Shown: one piece after another, positions 23,366 through 36,515 of the stretch
Position numbering within the stretch: position 1 is the first letter of the stretch
Layout of the letters: every line of letters begins with the position of its first letter
Translations under genes and position numbers: made by a program
Notes under the pieces: generated by a model
Database searches by the model: none
Seen by the model: only the letters and a program-made list of their open reading frames with translations
What the model was told of the DNA's origin: nothing
Source: Mustelus asterias
Taxonomy: Eukaryota
Direction of reading: 5' to 3'
Length of the DNA stretch: 64,000 nt
Assembly (NCBI RefSeq): GCF_964213995.1
Contig: NC_135808.1
Coordinates: forward strand, 50,282,001 to 50,346,000

Positions 23366-24451
23366 CTCTTTACGGGACCAGTCGAATGGCCACGAATGGG
23401 AGACCGGAATAGTTACTGAACTTGATGAAGTGGGTCAAAATACATTGGGTGACCATCTGTGATGAGAGAGTGTCTGAACTGATGAAAGACGTCTGAACTG
23501 AGCACATACGGACAAGGAGGCAATTGGCTCTGACACCCTGCCGTAAACTGACTGTTAAGAGCAGGAATCTCCCACACTGATGTTCGGATTTGAAATGGGT
23601 GTCAGGGTTGCCTGAGGTGTGATGTTCAGACGTGAGTGATGAGTGATAGATAGAGACTGTCTGAGTGGTCCCGGAGTGGAAGGAAAAGCCTTCATGTGAA
23701 AGCCAGCTGAATAAAAATATTGTGTAAGTGGTGGTACGGAGGGATCTGATCACCCCTGACAGGTATCACCGAACTCAGATAAGAGAAACCTGGGAGGGAG
23801 AGAGCGAGAAAGGAGATGAGAAGACTCCAAGGTGGTGAGTATGACCTTATCAATGATATGGCGGGACAAGGACAGTGGGGCCCGGGGTCCCTGATACCTG
23901 AATATATAATTAAGAGGGACAAACTCATTAAACAGATGATAAAAGGGGGATCGGATTTAGACCACCCGCTAGACCAATAATGAAAGTGGTTGGAAAAAGA
24001 AAGGAAAGATAGAACTAAGAAAATTGGGGTTCTCTTAGTTCACCAATTGGCTGGATTAATTGGACAGGTCTCAGTCTCGAGTAAGAAATGGGCTGACGAC
24101 AAAGCAAAAATTAAAATGTTGGAAACACGCGATAGCAAATTAGAGAAGCGGAACCAACTTTTAGAGGACCCTGCCGGGGGATTCTTGCTTCCCTATGGGC
24201 CGGCCGTACAACCCACGGCACCAGTGGGAGACCCTGATGAGGAAGAGGTCCATGATCTCGCTCCCATAACTCGGACCGGGACGTTACAGCATCCCACTGC
24301 CCGATATAAACCCTTTACCCCAGGTGAACGACAACAGATTTTTGGCACCCCTGGGAAGGCTCCAGCCCCGGAGTAACAATCGCAAATTTTGGGCAGAACT
24401 GGACACCCTTTGGGTTGGACACCAGTTACATTTGCGGGATATACACCAGTT

Positions 24452-25445
24452 AGAACATAGAACATAGAACATAGAACATTACAGCGCAGAACAGGCCCTT
24501 CGGCCCACGATGTTGCACCGACCAGTTTAAAAAAAAAAACTGTGACCCTCCAACCTAAACCAATTTCTTTTCGTCCATGAACCTATCTACGGATCTCTTA
24601 AACGCCCCCAAACTAGGCGCATTTACTACTGATGCTGGCAGGGCATTCCAATCCCTCACCACCCTCTGGGTAAAGAACCTACCCCTGACATCGGTTCTAT
24701 AACTACCCCCCCTCAATTTAAAGCCATGCCCCCTCGTGCTGGATTTCTCCATCAGAGGAAAAAGGCTATCACTATCCACCCTATCTAAACCTCTAATCAT
24801 CTTGTATGTTTCAATAAGATCCCCTCTTAGCCGCCGCCTTTCCAGCGAAAACAATCCCAAATCCCTCAGCCTCTCCTCATAGGATCTCCCCTCCATACCA
24901 GGCAACATCCTGGTAAACCTCCTCTGCACCCTCTCCAAAGCCTCCACATCCTTCCTGTAATGTGGGGACCAGAACTGCACACAGTACTCCAAGTGCGGCC
25001 GCACCAGAGTTGTGTACAGTTGCAACATAACGCTACGACTCCTAAATTCAATCCCCCTACCAATAAACGCCAAGACACCATATGCCTTCTTAACAACCTT
25101 ATCTACTTGATTCCCAACTTTCAGGGATCTATGCACACATACACCTAGATCCCTCTGCTCCTCCACACTATTCAAAGTCCTCCCGTTAGCCCTATACTCA
25201 ACACATCTGTTATTCCTACCAAAGTGAATTACCTCACACTTCTCCGCATTAAACTCCATCCGCCACCTCTCGGCCCAACTTTGCAACCTGTCTAAGTCTT
25301 CCTGCAAACTACGACACCCTTCCTCACTGTCTACCACACCACCGACTTTGGTGTCATCAGCAAATTTGCTAATCCACCCAACTATACCCTCATCCAGATC
25401 ATTAATAAATATTACAAACAGCAGTGGCCCCAAAACAGATCCCTG
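24452..25445 (-). mobile_element. Young 5'-truncated CR1-type LINE inserted in ERV gag
   Basis: Uninterrupted 292-aa ORF2 C-terminus (KFADDTK), (AGAACAT)n tail, TSD AGTT (24448-51 / 25446-49). Confidence 0.93.
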
Positions 25446-25852
25446 AGTTGGTACGGGCTGTTTGCCCGTGGGATAAGTGGAGACTATTGGGTGACGGTGG
25501 GGTCCAGGCTAATGTCGCTGACCAAGCTCGGTTGGATTACCGAGGCGGAAGGTGGACGTACGCGACAGAGACAACCGCCGAGATCGAGGCAATGATTGAG
25601 CCATTTACTCGGTTTAAGGCGGAAGTCCAATGAGTCTTGGGTAATGCACCAACCAATTGGTCCAGACTTACCAATATTAAACAACAAAGGGGTGAAGGAG
25701 CCTCCGAATTTGGGGAACGACTCTGTAGAGTATACCAAGAACGTTCGGGAATACCCGAACAGATAGAGCCTTTTTCCAAGCATTAAAAGATGGGCTATCG
25801 CCAGCTCACCAGAAAATCCTTAAAATGGGAGTTCTCAATACCCAGGCTTATG

Positions 25853-26137
25853 ATAGAAACCCTACAGTGCAGAAGGAGGCCATTCGGCCCATCGAGTCTG
25901 CACCGACCACATTCCCACCCAGGCCCTACCCCCACATATTTTACCCGCTAATCCCTCTAACTACACATCTCAGGGACAATTTTTAACCTGGCCAATCAAC
26001 CTAACCCGCACATCTTTGGACTGTGGGAGGAAACCGGAGCACCCGGAGGAAACCCACGCAGACATGAGGAGAATGTGCAAACTCCACACAGACAGTGACC
26101 CGAGCCGGGAATCGAACCCAGGACCCTGGAGCTGTGA
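25853..26137 (-). mobile_element. HE1/V-SINE-like SINE inserted in ERV gag
   Basis: V-domain core; nearly identical to 34820-35148. Confidence 0.88.
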
Positions 26138-26439
26138 ATTAGTAGAATGGGCATCTGGAATTAGAGATGGACCAGATGAGAAACCATACCCACGAATAAA
26201 ACAGGAAACAGTTAGTGCAAACAGTGGAGGGGCTAAACCCAAGGGTGCGTGCTATAATTGTGGGAAACCGGGTCACTTTGCCAGAGGCTGTAGAGCTCCA
26301 AAGGGGGGCAGTGGAAAAGCCCCTACCTGCCTGTTTTGTAATAAGGTTGGCCACACTGAGGCCACCTGTTGGAGCAAGCACGGCAGACCGAGTCAACTGC
26401 TTCGCCCTCCCCTCATTGACGAGGGAGGGAATTGACGGG

Positions 26440-29400
26440 AGGCAGCCCCCACAAGCCTGGGCACAAAAGAGGGTAGAATCTACGTGTCTGCACTAGTAGG
26501 GGGAAGGCAATGTGAAATGCTGGTGGACACGGGAGCCTCCATATCTATCACTGATCTACCCTTGCCCACCACCAATAAAATGATCTATATAAGGGGTGTT
26601 AACGGACAGAAGACCCCTGCCTACTTAAGTGAAACCACCCTAGTAGAAATTAATAACCTGTATATACCTATGCGATTTTACGTATGTAGAAATAATGAAG
26701 GAACTATTAAGGGAAATGACCTAATGAAGGAATACAAAGTCTGAATAGATTGTGGGAAAGGTGAATTGATTTGGCCCCGCCCCGATGGGAGAAAAGACAG
26801 GGTAGGAACATATGTAAACCATTTAGGGACCATCCATGCAGCATCTGCAACGGGACGTGACTGGCAGTTAGAAGGTACTGGATTTGGCGCCATCTGCGCC
26901 TCCGTCCCCGGTGTGTGGGCGGAAACGAGACTGGATACTGGATTCGTCAAAATTGACCCTATAATAGTGGTAGGGCCAGAACATAAACCACATCGGCAAA
27001 ACCCGATTAAGCCCAAAGCCAAAAAGGCAGTGGAGGAAATTGCGACGGGATTGGTAAAGAGAGGGATCCTACGGGAAACCACTCGTACCACCAACTCCCC
27101 CACCTGGCCCGGTGCCTAAACCGGACGGGAGCTATAGATTAACCATTGATTATACAGCTTCAAATAAAGTGACCCCCAAGCTACACCCCATCGTGGCCTC
27201 GCCCCTCCACCATTTTAAACGGGTTGTCACCATCCCATGGAATCTTCACGGGATTGGATATCGCCAACGGTTTGTCGTCCATTCCCCTGGACCCTAATTC
27301 GCAAGATAAATTTGCATTTACCGTGGGCGATAAGCAGTGCACATGGACTAGGCTCCCGCAAGGCTTCCATAACAGCCCGGCTATATTTCACCGGGTAATG
27401 AGTAAGGTATTAGAACAGGTGGAAGTCCCAAAAGGGAGCACAATTCTGCAGTATGTAGATGATATCTTAATAGCCTCCGAAACTAGAGCAGAACATCAGA
27501 CGGTGCTATACTCAGTCTTGAAACACTTAGAAGAACAGGGACTAAAGGCGAGCCCCAGGAAAGCCCAAATAGGGAAAGAGCGGGTGTTATATTTGGGACA
27601 CCTGATATCCCAGGGGACCAAAGAAATGCCATTGGACAGGAAAACGGCCATTCAGCAAATGCCAAGACCAGTAACCGTCCGAGGGGTCAGGAAGGTTTTG
27701 GAACTGTTTAACTAAAGTTGCAACTTTATACTGGAATTTGCCAGGCTAGCCGAACCAATACAAAGGCTAGTAAAAGGGGGGAAACCCACGCTTGAGGTTA
27801 TAGAGTGGGGATCAGAACAGGAAGAGGCACCTCGTAAACTAAAAGCAGAACTAATGACAGCTCCGGGACTTGGACTGCCCAATGCTAATAAAGATTTTCA
27901 CATCTATTGTAATAATGAGGGGGGGTTTTATTCAGCAGTAGTTACACAGGTCCATGGGGACAAGTAGCGGCCAGTGGGTTATTATTCCACAGCGGAGGGC
28001 CCCGTAGTAGCCGGGTTGCCCAGATGTATAGCCGCACTGGATTGAGAGGCATGGGCAGTAAGGGTCAGTGAGCCCATCATAATGACGGGGAATATTGTTT
28101 TGCTCACCAAACACACCTTAGTGGAAATGCTGAACACAGGAAAATTGCGGTCTGTCTCAAATGTGAGAAGGGCAAAGTGGGAGGCAGTGCTTCTCCCACC
28201 CACTAAGTCCATCACCATTGTACGAGACATGGGAACGAACCCCGCAGAAGGAATGTTAGGTGAAGGGGACCCACACAACTGTGGGGACGTAGATGAGGAG
28301 GTAGACGAAGGTAGAATAAAAGATGTGTCCCTGGAGGCACCAGATATGGTCCTATTTGTGGATGGATCACGGAAATATGTAGATGGGTCACCACGAACAG
28401 GATGGGCGGCAGTGAATGCGGATTTACAAATTGTTCAAGCAGGAAGAATAGAGGGAGGCATGTCAGCGCAAGTAGCGGAACTGGTAGCCTTGACTCAGGA
28501 TTTTACAGAGGCTGCGGGGAAAAGGGTCAACATTCACACCGATAGTAGATATGCGTTTGGAGTTATACATGACTATATGACAGTTTGGGGGAGAAGGGGA
28601 TTTATCACAATGGGAGGCACTCCAATTAAACATGGCCAGATAATAACAACCTTATTGGGAGCCAGCGAGCTCCCATCGGAAGCCGCAGTATTGAAGGTAA
28701 AAGCACACCACAAGGAACCAGATAAGCAAAGTCCTGAGTGGTATATGTTTAAGGGAAACCAGGCAGCCGATAGAGCGGCACGGGGGGGGGGGGGGGGTAT
28801 GGAGATTAAATGATAAAGTCCGAGCCCCGGAATGTATCCAGCATACTCTGATGCGGTTACATCATGGGCTGTCACATGTGGGGAGGGATGCCACGGTGAC
28901 CAGTGTGGGGAAGGAATGGTGGTGGAAAGGAATGGGACGGGACATTGCCCGATATTGTCACCGGTGCATAACCTGTGCACAGTATAACCCTGGAAGACCC
29001 GTAAAAATCAAGATGGGGCACCAGCCTCGCCCTAAGGGTCCCTGGGAACACCTGCAAGTTGACTTTACAGGACCTCTCCCGCAGTCACACGGGAGAACCT
29101 GCTGCTTGGTAATTATTGACCAATTCACCAGATGGGTAGAAGCATTCCCGATGAAAAACTGTACTGCCACTACAGTGGCCAGAATACTAGCTGAGGAAGT
29201 TATCCCAAGATGGGGGGTGCCTTTGCAAATAGACTCCGATCAAGGCACGCACTTTACGGGGAAGGTTGTAAAAACCACATGTCAACTGATGGGGATAAGA
29301 CAGATATTTCACATACCCTACCACCCTCAAAGCTCGGGGATGGTGGAACGTATGAATCGGACACTTACGATCTCCTAGGCAAAGGCAATGCAGGAATCAG

Positions 29401-29888
29401 GAAAGAGATGGACAGAAGTATTACCCGCCATATTAATGGAACTCAGAGCCACCACAAATCAGACCACTGGGCTGATACCATATGAGCTAATGACCGGAAG
29501 GGCTATGCAACTGCCCGAGTCCATCATTACCGGAGGGACAGATGTAGGCCCATTACGGGACAAGATTAGACGATATGTATTCGAATTAAGCTCCCAATTA
29601 AAAGATATGCGGAAAAAAGTACGGGACAAACAAATAGCGGTCGATGAGTACAATGAACTAGAACAGACTCCGGAGATACCCCCGGCGGGCAGCAAGGTTA
29701 CGGTAAAAACCTTACCCGAAAAACCTGGATTCGCCCCCGAAGGGAAAGGCCCCTATGAGGTTATCATTAGTGGATACACCTGTGCCTGTATAGATATGCA
29801 AGGCAGAGGCGTCTGGAAACACTGGACCCAGTTGAAAGAATACACTGGCACCAATCGGAAAACATGTAATGGACAACAAAACAGTTAA
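26440..29888 (+). pseudogene. pol: ERV pro-pol (protease, RT, tether, RNase H, integrase), frameshifted
   Basis: LVDTGA; 'WTRLPQGFHNSPAIFH...LQYVDDIL'; RNase H 'LFVDGS...SAQVAEL...HTDSRY'; IN 'H...H...C..C', 'LQVDFT', 'IDSDQG', 'GMVERMN'. Confidence 0.93.
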
Positions 29889-32079
29889 GAGGGGAGTAAA
29901 GGGTTAAACACCAGCAGGCTGAGAGTTTCTCTCTCTCTTGACAAGGGAAAGAGAGAGAGAGGGGTGAAAGTGTGCGATCGAGAGCCACATGTGGTGGAAG
30001 AGGGTATCGCAGATCAATGTTTAATAAACTATTCTCCCCAGTTGAAATTTTACAGTCGTGCATTACATTACAGCTGAAGAGTTGTAAGGAGAGTTAACCA
30101 TTTAAGAGAAATAATTAATTATGCGCTCATCTTGAGCTTAAACCGGAGAGTCTGTAAGAAAGTGTAAACGTCTTAATAAGTAGAGATATTTAAAAAGTGA
30201 CAAAAATAAATGGATTTTTTGGATCAGGCTTTTGTTATAAAATGAACTCTTGATAGAATTGACAATGAAAAGATAAATGGAAAGAATTATTCCTGCGTAT
30301 TTGAAGTGATGATTAATCACTTGTTTATGTTCAGCTGAGTGAACTTACCCCTCCGGCTCTCTGCTGAAACGAGCAGAGAACTAATCCATCCTTTCCGCCA
30401 CAGGAAATTCATGTTATAAGACTTGCAGTAATCTTAAGATATAGAGTCAAAACTTAAGAGAGAAGGGAGTTACAGAAGGTAGAATGGGAGTGTGTGTGTG
30501 TAATGCTGGGAATCATTATACGGCCATAATGCATTCTAATTAAAATGTGTTACACGGATCAACCATGAAACTGTATTAAATGCCAGACAGGCTAAAAGAG
30601 AGTGCCCGCCTATAATACCAAATTGGCAAATCCATATAATTGAGATAAGAAAATGCTGGGAAAGTGTTTGTTACAAATTGTTCAAAATTAAAGTGATAAG
30701 ATTTCTTGAATTTACTTCTGTTTTGAGTTGAATTACACTTTGGAAAACAGCAGAATAAAAGTGACTGTTAATCAACGTTCAGTTTTCTTCAATGTTTTAT
30801 TTTCATCCCAGTTTAAGATGTTAAGTCTGAATAAATGTTGGAAGCTTCCATGTGTATCTGTGTGTTTAACAATGTGATTGCGTGAATGTTTTGTTGGTGT
30901 TCGTTTGAATGTTTTAATGTTGAGAAAGGAGTTAAACCTTGGAAGGACCATGTGCTCTTTCCTTGTCTTGAAGTTGAAATTATAAGAGTGTAGTTGAGAA
31001 GTTAAAAGAAAGGCAATTTTATGAAAACAAAGAAAAGCAGGAACAAAAGAATAAGATGAATATACTGTCTCTGAGTCAGTTTAACGTGTATCAAATCAGT
31101 GAAATGAATCGTAGTTCTGATTACCCCAAGTTACAGCAGGAGATTAACCTCAGTTGTTAATAAAAATAAAGATGTTGTCCTTGAGTATTTTTAAACACCA
31201 TGAATTGTTGGAACTTGTGTTACCAGTTAGTTATTTTTAAATAAAATGATAATAATATGAAATTTGTGATGTTCCGATAACATGCGACAAATTACATCAT
31301 TTAAACCATCTCACATTGATGATAGTTCTGTAAAATTAGATACTGCCGTTGGGATTGCGTGTGCCATCTATTGTTCAAGGTTTTCCAGATGTAAAAACAC
31401 TGCAAAGCTTAAAACCTAGCCAGCTAGGAATCAAACCAAAACATTTCTAATCAAGTAACAATTGTTATTGTTATATGTATTGTGCTTGTTATTGTTCTAA
31501 AATGCAGGGATTCTGATCTGGAGCAGCTTAAAAATAAAAACGACTTAAATTAAGAGGGTTTGGATATACCCGAGAGAATCAAATCCTGGAGAGCCTTAAC
31601 CAATTTTATATGTTGATATATATTGTGTATTGATACAACATAATTCTGTGGAAGAAAAGGCTATTTATTCCAAACATTTAACCATTCTTTGCCATAATTT
31701 GTAATAACTTGCACAACTAACATTAACATGACAGGAAGTGAAACCGGATGACTTGAGAGAGAGAGAGAGAGAAAGAGTTGGTGACTGGCCTTACAACCAG
31801 ACTCAAAAATCTTGCAGCATTCGACTGGACACAACAGATAGCTCATTCAGTTATCTGTGTTTTTAAAGAGCTGTGTCTGGCTCAGTGACCACGGAACACT
31901 GTTGTTTACCTTATGAGACAATCTGTCTATAGAGGGATCATTTCTGCTCAAACAAATGATCAAATTAGATATAATGTAAGATACATCATACAAAGATCGG
32001 AGCTGTATAGTATATGATTTTAAGTACACTAAGCTCTCTATGCAAGGGGGGTATGTAGTTAAATGTATAATGCACTGGC

Positions 32080-32520
32080 TTTTGTGGCCAAAGGTATTGA
32101 CCACCATACTAATGAGATTAAGGGTTGCCACAAACCAAACAACCGGATTAACCCCTTATGAGCTAATGACTGGACGGGCGATGCAATTACTAGAAAGCAC
32201 CATAACAGGTGGGACCGATGTAGGTCCACTAAAAGATAAAATCAGGAGATATGTTTTGGAACTAAGCACCCAACTAAAAGGGATGCGTAAATTGGTAAAA
32301 GACAATTAGGAGATACGAGACGCAGAGAGAGGGCTTGAAATGCTCCCTGACATCCCAACAGCGGGACGTCTGAGTGAAAACACTACCTGACAAATCAGGG
32401 TTTGTACTAAAATGGGATGGGCCGTATGAAGTTACAATTAGTGAAGATACCTGTGCCTGCATAGACATAAGGGGGAAAGGTCATTAAACTCAGTTGAAAG
32501 AATATGCTGAAACTAATTGG
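32080..32520 (+). pseudogene. Second, diverged copy of the ERV integrase C-terminus
   Basis: 'TNQTTGLTPYELMTGRAMQLLESTITGGTDVGPLKDKIRRYV' parallels 29388-29888. Confidence 0.88.
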
Positions 32521-32559
32521 GAAATTATGTGATATCCTCCCATTGCAGGAATGTACAGA

Positions 32560-32930
32560 CAATGACCAACCTCCAAGCAAGCTGAACGGGTGCGCGGTGT
32601 TGCGCGCGGGCGGTAGCCTTTGGACCGTTGTATAACGGTCACGCGGGTTATTAGTAAGTGATAAGATGCTTTTCATGCTACTTCTCACGACCCTGGCCCT
32701 GTTAGCTATAGTGGGAAAATATAGATGGAATTATGAGAATTTGGGGATGGGACACAGTGAACATCTCCGTGACGATGACTCTGTCTATTGTATGAACACC
32801 TCTGTGTATATGTCTTATCTGTGTGCATCACAATCGAATTTGAGCAAGTGCTGGGTCTGTTCACACATTCCCACGCACAGAGGAAAGGGAGGAATTCCTT
32901 TATTCCCTATCCCTTTATCAGCTCCAGATA
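32560..32930 (+). pseudogene. env: ERV env 5' fragment (signal peptide + SU N-terminus)
   Basis: Hydrophobic 'MLLLTTLALLAIV', then 'SNLSKCWVCSHIP...PLFPIPLS' (CWVC motif). Acceptor-like CCTCCCATTGCAG at ~32537-32549. Confidence 0.75.
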
Positions 32931-33294
32931 CACAATATCGGGACCTCTCAGGCCAGTTTTGACGTTATCAGTAAAAACAGAACTGTTATACATTTTCTTA
33001 ATCTGATTCTCTGCCTTACATTCGTTTAAAATTAATTTCATTTAATGTCCATATGTTAACATAAATTATTGCCAAATGCCTCAGCTAACCACTTAGTACT
33101 TTCCAGCATGATGGTTTCTCATTCGTCCATTACAACAGGACATTACTCACTTCTTGACTAAAGCTATTTCCCTGTTGCCTGGATGCGGTAGATGCTACCG
33201 TAAAGGTCAAAGTGGAGATTCCTACCAGCTCACTGCCAAGCTGAATAGACATGTGTTGCTGCATCCAGGGTCATGTCTATTCAATGTATGTATT

Positions 33295-33617
33295 GGCGAC
33301 ACGGTAGCACAGTGGGTAGCACTGCTGCTTCACAGCTCCAGGGACCTGGGTGCGATTCCCGGCTTGGGTCACTGCCTGTGTGGAGTTTGCACATTCTCCT
33401 CGTGTCTGCGTGGTTTTCCTCCGGGTGCTCCGGTTTCCTCCCACAGTCCAAAGATGTGTGGGTTAGGTTGATTGGCCATGCTAAAATTGCCCCTTAGAGT
33501 CCTAGGTAGGTTAGAGGGATTAGTGGGTGGATATGGGGGTAGGGCCTGGGTGGGATTGTGGTTGGTGCAGACTTGATGGGCCGAATGGCCTCTTTCTCCA
33601 CTGTAGGGTTTCTATGT
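33295..33617 (+). mobile_element. HE1/V-SINE-like SINE
   Basis: tRNA-like head (A/B boxes), V-domain, CR1-like tail. Confidence 0.88.
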
Positions 33618-34019
33618 CTGGGCGGTGAATTGATTGAAACATTATGTTGCACAATGTGTTCCCTCATCGGGATCTCCCAGATATGAGTTTGCAAACTAAT
33701 GGGTTCCAGGCCTTTGGCTCGTCACATTTTACCTTTCCCACCATGTCTTTCAGTACCTTGCATTGGCCAAAGTGTACAATCACAGTAAAATACTTGAAAT
33801 ACATTTAGAATATCAACTTCTATGTCTTAAAATCATAGTTGTTTTAATTCTCTTACTGCGCTCACATGTGGGTAAGTTATCATTTAACTCCTTACTGTTC
33901 GCTCTGCCAGTGCTTGTACTCTCTCTAAAAATGAAGAGAAATATAAAATAATCCCTTTCATCTCCCCATGGGGCTCGGTCTCAGATTGTTCTTGTGAAGC
34001 ACGTTGTATTATATTGGCA

Positions 34020-34370
34020 GTTGTGTGTGTGGTGTGTGTGTGATGCCTCCCATGGTTNNNNNNNNNNNNNNNNNNNNNNNNNNNNNNNNNNNNNNNNNNN
34101 NNNNNNNNNNNNNNNNNNNNNNNNNNNNNNNNNNNNNNNNNNNNNNNNNNNNNNNNNNNNNNNNNNNNNNNNNNNNNNNNNNNNNNNNNNNNNNNNNNNN
34201 NNNNNNNNNNNNNNNNGTGTGTGTCTGTTTTCGTGTGTGTGTGTGTGTGTGTGTGTGATGCTACCTGTTGTTGATGAGCTGGGAGTTGTGTGTGTTTGTG
34301 ATGCCTCCTACGATCGATGAGCTAGGAATTGTGTGTGTGTGTGTGTGATGCCTCCTGTGATTGATGAGGC
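34020..34370. repeat. GT-rich minisatellite spanning an assembly gap (N run 34058-34216)
   Basis: (GT)n...GATGCCTCC units on both sides of the N run. Confidence 0.85.
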
Positions 34371-34819
34371 AAATGCTTTAGGGGGTAAGGGGGGGTAAGA
34401 GGGCACGGGGGTGGGTGAGGGTTTGGATGCGTTGGGGCTTTGGGTGAGTTTGAGATTGGGGGATATTCTGAAGGGCAGGTCAGGTCACGGGGTGGTTGGT
34501 GTTTTTTGGTGCTGCCAATCGAGTCAGGGCGGTATTCAGGAAGGTGAGGGGGTCAGACAGGTGCCCTTTGGAGGCAGGGGACATGTTTCAGTTTTACACT
34601 GACCCCGGTGTTGGAACTGCTCTGAATCGTTCTAACTTTTCCTGGGTAACTATTCTGGGCAGTAAGTCAGAAACATCTGAATTCTCCAGATTTCAGTCCG
34701 AGATTCAGAGGGTTCCAGACTCAGGGGAATTCCCCATATAGATCCGGGATACGACCATCCGGAGATTGGAAGTTCTGGGTCAGGAGCTCAGACCAACCAA
34801 AGATGAGATAAAGAGGTGG

Positions 34820-35148
34820 GTCTGCACCGACCACAATCCCACCCAGGCCCTACCCCCACATATTTACCCGCTAATCCCAGTAACCTACGCATCACAGGAC
34901 TCTAAGGGGCAATTTTTAACCTGGCCAATCAACCTAACCCGCACAACTTTGGACTGTGGGAGGAAACCGGAGCACCCGGAGGAAACCCACGCAGACACGA
35001 GGAGAATGTGCAAACTCCACACAGACAGTGACCCGAGCCGGGAATCGAACCCGGGACCCTGGAGCTGTGAAGCAGCAGTGCTAACCACTGTGCCACCGTG
35101 CCGCCCCACTGTGCCACCGTGCCGCCCCACTGTGCCACCGTGCTGCCC
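34820..35148 (-). mobile_element. HE1/V-SINE-like SINE with a triplicated 21-bp 5' end
   Basis: CACTGTGCCACCGTGCCGCCC x3 at the head. Confidence 0.88.
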
Positions 35149-35534
35149 CACCCCCCCCAACCAGTGAGCGATCGGGCCTCCCCCCCCCACCCAGAGGAAC
35201 ATCTGACCCGCCTCCCTCCTCCCTCCCCACCAGACAACGATCAGCCGTCCCCGCCCTCCCCACCACCAGACAACGATCGGTCCTCCCTCCCCCCACCCCC
35301 CACTCCCCACCAGAGATACATCTGACCCATCTCCTCCTCCTGCCCCTCCCTGCCCCTCCCCCACCCCCGCCCCCGGCCAACCAGACAACGATCTGGCCTC
35401 ACTCCCCTCCCGTCACCCCCCCAACCAGAGAATGTTCTGACCTGCCTCCCTCCTCCCCCCCACCACCGATCTGAGTCAGGGAGCCGCTGGAAGCTCTGAA
35501 CTCGCTCTTCAGCAGCTGGAGCGCCCGATTCAGA

Positions 35535-36515
35535 CTTTTATTCAGCATGTCCAAGGATGAGAACTATAAAATCAAGACATTGCTTGATCAGGAGCCAGTG
35601 TAGGCCAGTGAGCACAGGGGGTGATAGGGGAACGGGACTTGGTGTGAGTTCAGACTGGGACAGCAGAGTTTGGGATGAGCTGATGTGTGCGGAGGGTGGA
35701 ATGTGGGAGAGCAGCAAGGAGTGTATTGGGATAGTCACGTCTAGAGGAACAAAGGCATGGATGAGGCTTTCAGCAGCAGATGGACTGAGAACAGCAGGTA
35801 GCTCTCATGGACAAGATGAGCTCAGAGAAGCCATGAGGGGGTATTGGAGAGAAACTAGAGAAAGATGTGAGTTCAGGGCTCGGGCGGGGGAGGGGGGGGG
35901 GGTGGGGTGCGTGGGGGCGGGGGAGGTAGAATTAGAGGATGTTTGTCCAGATGGTTAGAGGAAGGAAGGGACGTGGCAGAGGCAGCTGATTGGATTGTCT
36001 CAATCTTAGTCACAAAGACCTCGGTGAGATCCTCACACTTGTTGCTGGAGGTGAAGGGGGAGGGGACAGGGGAGAGGGGTTTAAGAAGTTGGTCTGCAGT
36101 TGGGAAAAGAAGCCGGAGCTTATCTTCTCATTCCAGGATGATCCTGGAATAGTCAGCAGTTTTAGCAGATGAGAGTAGGAGCCGGAAGTGTTTGAAGTGC
36201 TCCAGCCAGATCTACCAGTGGATGGATAAACCAGTTGTCCACCAGATCCTTTCAAGTCTGTGTCCCTGGGATGAAGTGAGTGGAGATGAGGCCGGAGCAG
36301 GGGGAACGGCCGGGGGGAGAGGGAATCATGGTTTTATTGGGGATTAGGATATCAAAGGTGGGGGTGAGGGGGAGGAAATCAGTCGCTGCAGAAATGTTGT
36401 GGTGATCGGAGGGCCAGAGACGAGATAGTTGGGATTTGGAAAGTGCGGTTGTAAGTGAATGGACACAGCTGGAAGAGTTGGGTGAGGGGAAACAAAGGGG
36501 TTGCCTCCCCACAGA
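35535..36515 (-). mobile_element. Degenerate L2-like LINE fragments
   Basis: 'PVLTGLHWLLIKQCLDF..LIL'-type L2 ORF2 C-terminal signature. Confidence 0.55.

Larger units (their letters stand above)
23858..26435 (+). pseudogene. gag: ERV gag (stops; interrupted by LINE and SINE insertions)
   Basis: ATG 23858 follows a GTGAGT donor (23835). Two CCHC knuckles: CYNCGKPGHFARGC and CLFCNKVGHTEATC. The frame rejoins across the insertions. Confidence 0.8.

Noticed and set aside
33295-33370. tRNA genes
   Set aside because: The tRNA-like A/B boxes are SINE heads fused to V-domain cores.
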